Source of the DNA: an uncultured Bacteroidales bacterium
GTDB lineage: Bacteria > Bacteroidota > Bacteroidia > Bacteroidales > CAYVNP01
Assembly (NCBI GenBank): GCA_964452905.1
Contig: CAYVNP010000015.1
Coordinates: 785-64,784 of the forward strand
Direction of reading: 5' to 3'
Length of the DNA stretch: 64,000 bases
A program made the translations under genes and the position numbers. The notes beneath the pieces were generated by a model that was given only the letters and a program-made list of their open reading frames with translations, did not search any database and was not told where the DNA came from. This document shows positions 60,113 through 64,000 of the stretch, piece by piece (position 1 is the first letter of the stretch; each line of letters starts with the position of its first letter).

Positions 60113-60718
60113 TTACTTAGAATACAACTCAACGATGAATTGTTCATTTATATTTTCAGGTATTTGATCGCGTTCAGGATAGGTAACAAATTTTCCGGTT
60201 AATAAACTCTGATCCCATTCAAGCCATGGATATTTTGAACCTCTTGATGCCAATGCATCCTGAATAACCTGAAGTGATTTTGATTTTTCTCTAACACCTA
60301 TAATTTCACCGGGTTTCACAGAATATGAAGGTATATTGATCACTTCATTGTTCACAGTGATATGACGATGTGAAACAAGTTGACGTGCAGCACTGCGTGT
60401 AGGTGCAATACCTAATCTGTAAACAGTATTATCGAGACGAGCCTCGCATAATTGAAGCAGAATCACACCGGTAATCCCTTTTTTACGTGATGCTTTATCA
60501 AAAATATTTCTGAACTGTTTTTCAAGGATACCGTAAGTATATTTTGCTTTCTGTTTTTCCTGAAGTTGCTCACCGTACTCTGATCTTTTCTTTCTTTTTC
60601 GTGCCTGACCATGCTGACCAGGCGCATAATTTCTTCTTTCAAGATTTTTATCGCTGCCAAAGATAGGTTCGCCGAATTTTCTTGCAATTTTTGTTTTTGA
60701 TCCAATATATCTTGCCAT
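60113..60718 (-). CDS. rpsD: 30S ribosomal protein S4
   Basis: [28 protein letters not shown]. Confidence 0.99.
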   Translation of the reverse strand: MARYIGSKTKIARKFGEPIFGSDKNLERRNYAPGQHGQARKRKKRSEYGEQLQEKQKAKYTYGILEKQFRNIFDKASRKKGITGVILLQLCEARLDNTVYRLGIAPTRSAARQLVSHRHITVNNEVINIPSYSVKPGEIIGVREKSKSLQVIQDALASRGSKYPWLEWDQSLLTGKFVTYPERDQIPENINEQFIVELYSK

Positions 60719-60745
60719 AATAAACTTTTACTTATTCGTGTTTAA

Positions 60746-61135
60746 TTAAACTCTTCTTCTTTTAGGAGGACGACAGCCATTGTGGGGTAATGGAGTGATG
60801 TCCATAATCTCAGCTACTTCAATCCCTTCGTTATGAATGGTTTTGATGGCTGATTCTCTTCCTGCTCCCGGACCTTTAACAAATACTTTCACTTTTCTCA
60901 AACCGGCATCACGAGCCACTTTGGCACAATCCTGAGCAGCCAGCTGAGCAGCATAAGGGGTGTTTTTCTTAGAACCTTTAAAACCCATTTTACCGGCTGA
61001 AGACCATGAAATGACCTGACCGGAATTATTTGTCAAAGAAATAATAATGTTATTGAACGATGCATGAATATGTGCTTGTCCGACAGCATCCACACGTACA
61101 ATACTTTTCTTTGATGATCTTGTAACTTTTGCCAT
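60746..61135 (-). CDS. rpsK: 30S ribosomal protein S11
   Basis: [29 protein letters not shown]. Confidence 0.99.
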   Translation of the reverse strand: MAKVTRSSKKSIVRVDAVGQAHIHASFNNIIISLTNNSGQVISWSSAGKMGFKGSKKNTPYAAQLAAQDCAKVARDAGLRKVKVFVKGPGAGRESAIKTIHNEGIEVAEIMDITPLPHNGCRPPKRRRV

Positions 61136-61152
61136 ATCGTATTAAATATTAA

Positions 61153-61533
61153 TTATGTTTTAGGAGCTTTTTTCTTATTTGCAACTGTTTTCTTTTTCCC
61201 TTTTCTGGTTCTTGCGTTATTCTTTGTGCTTTGTCCGCGGCAGGGTAATCCTAAACGATGACGAATGCCTCTGTAACAACCAATATCTTTAAGACGTTTC
61301 ATACTTAACTGAACTTCTGAACGAAGATCGCCTTCTACTTTCATTAGTTCACCGATAATGGTTCTAATCCTTGCCTGTTCATCATCTGTCCATTCCTGAA
61401 CTTTTTTATTCCAATCCACTTTGGCTGCAGTCAATATTTTCTGCGCACTGCTTCTGCCAATGCCGTAAATATAGGTTAGCCCGATCTCTCCTCTTTTATT
61501 TTTTGGTAAATCTATACCAGCAATACGTGCCAT
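61153..61533 (-). CDS. rpsM: 30S ribosomal protein S13
   Basis: [31 protein letters not shown]. Confidence 0.99.
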   Translation of the reverse strand: MARIAGIDLPKNKRGEIGLTYIYGIGRSSAQKILTAAKVDWNKKVQEWTDDEQARIRTIIGELMKVEGDLRSEVQLSMKRLKDIGCYRGIRHRLGLPCRGQSTKNNARTRKGKKKTVANKKKAPKT

Positions 61534-61556
61534 ATATTTATAATTTATTTATATTA

Positions 61557-61673
61557 TTAACCTTGACGTTGTTTAAATTTAGGATTCTTCTTGTTAATCA
61601 CATAAACCCTACCTTTTCTCTTGACGATCTTACAATCGGCAGAACGTTTTTTTACTGATGCTCTAACTTTCAT
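61557..61673 (-). CDS. rpmJ: 50S ribosomal protein L36 (Zn-independent type)
   Basis: Too short for the ORF track; translated by hand: [38 protein letters not shown]. Confidence 0.97.
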   Translation of the reverse strand: MKVRASVKKRSADCKIVKRKGRVYVINKKNPKFKQRQG

Positions 61674-61688
61674 TATTTAAAAAGTTTA

Positions 61689-61907
61689 TTATTTATATCT
61701 GAATATTATTCGTCCTTTTGTTAAATCATAGGGTGACATTTCAAGTCTTACTTTGTCTCCCGGTAAAATCTTAATATAATGCATTCTCATCTTTCCTGAA
61801 ATATGTGCAAGGATCACATGCCCATTTTCAAGTTCTACCTTAAACATAGCATTGCCCAACGATTCCACCACCGTTCCATCAATTTCTATAGATGCCTGTT
61901 TAGCCAT
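61689..61907 (-). CDS. infA: Translation initiation factor IF-1
   Basis: [20 protein letters not shown]...[10 protein letters not shown]. Confidence 0.99.
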   Translation of the reverse strand: MAKQASIEIDGTVVESLGNAMFKVELENGHVILAHISGKMRMHYIKILPGDKVRLEMSPYDLTKGRIIFRYK

Positions 61908-61910
61908 ATA

Positions 61911-62693
61911 TTAATTTTTCTGCAAATTTAATACTTCTTCAATATAATTAAAAGAAGATAATATTTCTGCTTTTCCTTTTCTCACTACGATCTGATGTTC
62001 AAAATGTGCTGACGGCATTCCGTCTGCAGTTGATATTGTCCATCCGTCATCTGCTTGTATCACTTCCTTTACTCCAAGGTTAATCATTGGCTCAATACAA
62101 ATTACTATTCCTTCTTTTAGTTTTGACCCAAAATCCCTTTTCCCATAATTAGGTACCTGAGGATTTTCATGAATATTCTGCCCTATTCCATGCCCAACTA
62201 AATCCCGTACAACTGAAAACCCGTTTTTCTCCACGTGATTCTGTATAATAAAACCAATATCCCCGGTTCTGTTTCCAGCAATTGCCATACTGATTCCCTT
62301 ATACAATGATTCTTTGGTCACATCAAGCAACTTTTGTATATGCATATCTATGTCGCCTACAACAAAGGTATAAGCTGAATCGCCATAATAGCTGTTTTTC
62401 AAAACACCGCAATCAACAGAAACAATATCACCTTCCATTATAATCCGTTTACCAGGAATACCGTGCACCACCTGTTCATTGATTGATACACAAAGCGTGG
62501 CGGGATACCCTTTATATCCTTTGAAAGCAGGTATTGCCTGATGATCCCTGATAAATGTTTCGGCAATTGAATCCAATTCAATTGTCTTAATTCCGGGTTT
62601 TAAATTTTTAGCCACCTCGGCTAAAGTTTTTCCAACAAGTAAAGAACTATCTTTTAAAAATTCTATTTCTTCTTCGTTTCTTAAATATATCAT
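61911..62693 (-). CDS. map: Methionine aminopeptidase type I
   Basis: VVHGIP, VSVDCG, GDSAYT, VGHGIG, CIEPM, SAHFEH. Confidence 0.97.
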   Translation of the reverse strand: MIYLRNEEEIEFLKDSSLLVGKTLAEVAKNLKPGIKTIELDSIAETFIRDHQAIPAFKGYKGYPATLCVSINEQVVHGIPGKRIIMEGDIVSVDCGVLKNSYYGDSAYTFVVGDIDMHIQKLLDVTKESLYKGISMAIAGNRTGDIGFIIQNHVEKNGFSVVRDLVGHGIGQNIHENPQVPNYGKRDFGSKLKEGIVICIEPMINLGVKEVIQADDGWTISTADGMPSAHFEHQIVVRKGKAEILSSFNYIEEVLNLQKN

Positions 62694-62716
62694 TCAACTC
62701 AAAAAAACGAAAACAA

Positions 62717-64000
62717 TTAATACCCTCCCGTTGCACCGGTAGATGATCTACCTTTGATACGTCCTGTTTTCATCAATCCATCATAATGACGCATTAATAA
62801 ATGACTTTCTATCTGCTGCAACGTATCTAATATTACACCAACTAATATCAACAATGAAGTTCCCCCGTAAAACTGGGCGAACTGAGTACTCACACCAAAG
62901 AGTCTAACCAGAGCAGGCATGATTGCAACAAATGCAAGGAATATTGAACCGGGCAATGTAATCTTTGAAAGTACATCATCCAAAAAGTCTGCCGTTTTCT
63001 TTCCCGGCTTAACCCCCGGAATAAAACCTCCGTTCTTCTTCATATCATCAGCCATCTGACTTGGATTGATCGCTATGGCAGTATAAAAATAAGTAAATGC
63101 AATAATGAGAATAGCAAATGTGAAATTATACCAGAAACTATTAATATCTGAAAATGTACTGACAAAAGAATTGATTGATTCATTCTTTCCAAAGCTAGCA
63201 AATGTCAATGGCAGGAACATGATTGCCTGAGCAAAAATGATAGGCATTACACCGGCAGCATTCACTTTCAACGGGATGAACTGACGCACACCACCATATT
63301 GTTTGTTACCAACAATTCGTTTAGCATACTGAACCGGAATTCTTCGTGTTCCCTGAACAAGTAAAATATTTAACAGAATAACAATTATTAATACGACAAT
63401 TTCAACAAGGAATATAACAAGACCACCACCAAGTGTTTCCATTCTGGAAGCAAATTCTGATGTAAGCGACAAAGGTAATCTGGCAATAATCCCGATCATG
63501 ATAATCAATGAAATACCATTCCCAATTCCTTTATCTGTTATACGTTCGCCTATCCACATCACAAACATGGAACCGGCGGTCAATACAATGGTTGTAGTTA
63601 ACTGGAATAAGAAAAGATTGTCTCCCAGCGGATGGAAAGCAATACCGGGTAACTGAAAACGAAGATTAGCAATATAACCCTGTGATTGCATGATGAGAAC
63701 TATTACTGTCAGATAACGGGTTATCTGATTGATCTTTCGTCTTCCGCTTTCACCTTCTTTTTGTAATTTCTGGAAATAAGGCACTGCCATTGTTAACAAC
63801 TGAACAACAATAGATGCAGAGATGTAAGGCATGATACCCAAAGCAAAAATAGATGCATTGGCAAAAGCGCCGCCTGAAAACATATTCAGCAAACCGACTA
63901 ACCCTTTTCCTCCCTGTGATTGCAAATTGGAAAGATAATGAGGGTCAATACCCGGCAATACGATATGTGCTCCAAGACGATAGATTATGATGAACCCGAT
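62717..64000 (-). CDS. secY: Preprotein translocase SecY (5' end outside the window)
   Basis: Frame open to 64000 (IGFIIIYRLGAHIVLPG); SIFALGIMPYISASI, GIGNGISL, GVMPIIFA, GGTSLLI. Confidence 0.98.
   Translation of the reverse strand: MGFIIIYRLGAHIVLPGIDPHYLSNLQSQGGKGLVGLLNMFSGGAFANASIFALGIMPYISASIVVQLLTMAVPYFQKLQKEGESGRRKINQITRYLTVIVLIMQSQGYIANLRFQLPGIAFHPLGDNLFLFQLTTTIVLTAGSMFVMWIGERITDKGIGNGISLIIMIGIIARLPLSLTSEFASRMETLGGGLVIFLVEIVVLIIVILLNILLVQGTRRIPVQYAKRIVGNKQYGGVRQFIPLKVNAAGVMPIIFAQAIMFLPLTFASFGKNESINSFVSTFSDINSFWYNFTFAILIIAFTYFYTAIAINPSQMADDMKKNGGFIPGVKPGKKTADFLDDVLSKITLPGSIFLAFVAIMPALVRLFGVSTQFAQFYGGTSLLILVGVILDTLQQIESHLLMRHYDGLMKTGRIKGRSSTGATGGY

Overview
AT-rich chromosomal segment from a Bacteroidetes bacterium, probably an anaerobic Bacteroidales/Bacteroidia member. 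Evidence for this is TAnnTTTG -7 promoter boxes in front of many genes, T9SS C-terminal sorting domains, glutamine synthetase III and the rpsU-xerC-hpf order. Most of the window is housekeeping: gcvP, rsmE, fabI, rlmI, acnA, rpmE2, tatD, xerD/xerC, glnA(III), a complete trpEGDCFBA operon with a leader-peptide attenuator, ndk, yidC, eno and the secY-map-infA-rpmJ-rpsMKD-rpoA-rplQ block. I found no rRNA, tRNA, CRISPR array or intact mobile element. The best candidate for an undescribed system is at 23000-27971. It is a 1415-aa protein built from three exact-period 128-aa GAF-like repeats, a pseudo-receiver, an intact receiver, a PPDK/PEP-synthase ATP-grasp domain and a probable phospho-His swivel domain, with no PEP/pyruvate barrel. 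It sits directly upstream of a NarL-type regulator whose phospho-acceptor Asp is replaced by Asn. Other points of interest: a divergent stand-alone hisI(NCEQN)-hisG pair, an ACP-SGNH-MBOAT acylation cassette, tandem exported paralogues with 8-aa charged helical repeats, an S8 protease split by an in-frame TGA, an IS1595-derived Zn-ribbon gene ahead of xerD, and a signal-peptide-bearing STAS-like protein. All family assignments come from motif recognition by eye; no database searches were run.
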